From Tubulanus polymorphus (lineage: Eukaryota > Animalia > Nemertea), in assembly GCF_964204645.1 (NCBI RefSeq), contig NC_134032.1:10156275-10220274 (forward strand): a stretch of 64,000 bases of DNA, written 5' to 3'. Positions 63,901-64,000 of the stretch are shown piece after piece. The translations under genes were made by a program, and so were the position numbers. The notes beneath the pieces are model-generated. The model searched no databases, was not told the DNA's origin, and was given only the letters and a program-made list of their open reading frames with translations. How positions within the stretch are numbered: position 1 is the stretch's first letter; the number at the start of each line of letters is the position of its first letter.

Positions 63901-64000
63901 GTAGAAAAATTAATTTTTCATTTTTCATTTGAACAACTCGGGAATTCCAGTGGGTTTCGGAATTGTTGATACCTTTATCGTTTTCTTTGATGATCACGAG

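Overview
AT-rich, intron-rich eukaryotic DNA from a bilaterian invertebrate; the species cannot be determined from sequence alone. Exon structures were traced by hand. Gene order: 5' end of DNALI1 (-), head-to-head with EMC2 (+, 10 coding exons, 289 aa), which is tail-to-tail with TRMT11 (-, 12 exons). Then come a decayed Penelope-like element, two tandem SLC22 transporter paralogues (600 and 602 aa) separated by a 5'-truncated LINE with an open ORF, and a probable promoter/first exon at the right edge. The main surprise is EMC2 intron 6 (19.6 kb). It holds an intronless same-strand 205-aa ORF with a CRE/AP-1/TATA promoter, an ATG-free leader and an AU-rich 3' region. The protein resembles a cAMP-dependent protein kinase inhibitor (PKI) with two pseudosubstrate-like motifs separated by a Ser-Pro heptad array. 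The intron also carries many CRE-like sites and a CTCF-motif cluster, and the ORF ends at a splice donor in phase with EMC2 exon 7. Other oddities: a TSD-flanked palindrome carrying a Penelope-type hammerhead on both strands, a CCA-bearing tRNA-Pro 3' half with A58G, tandem decoy splice acceptors, and a LINE at the SLC22 duplication junction. All homology calls are from recognition of sequence, not database searches.
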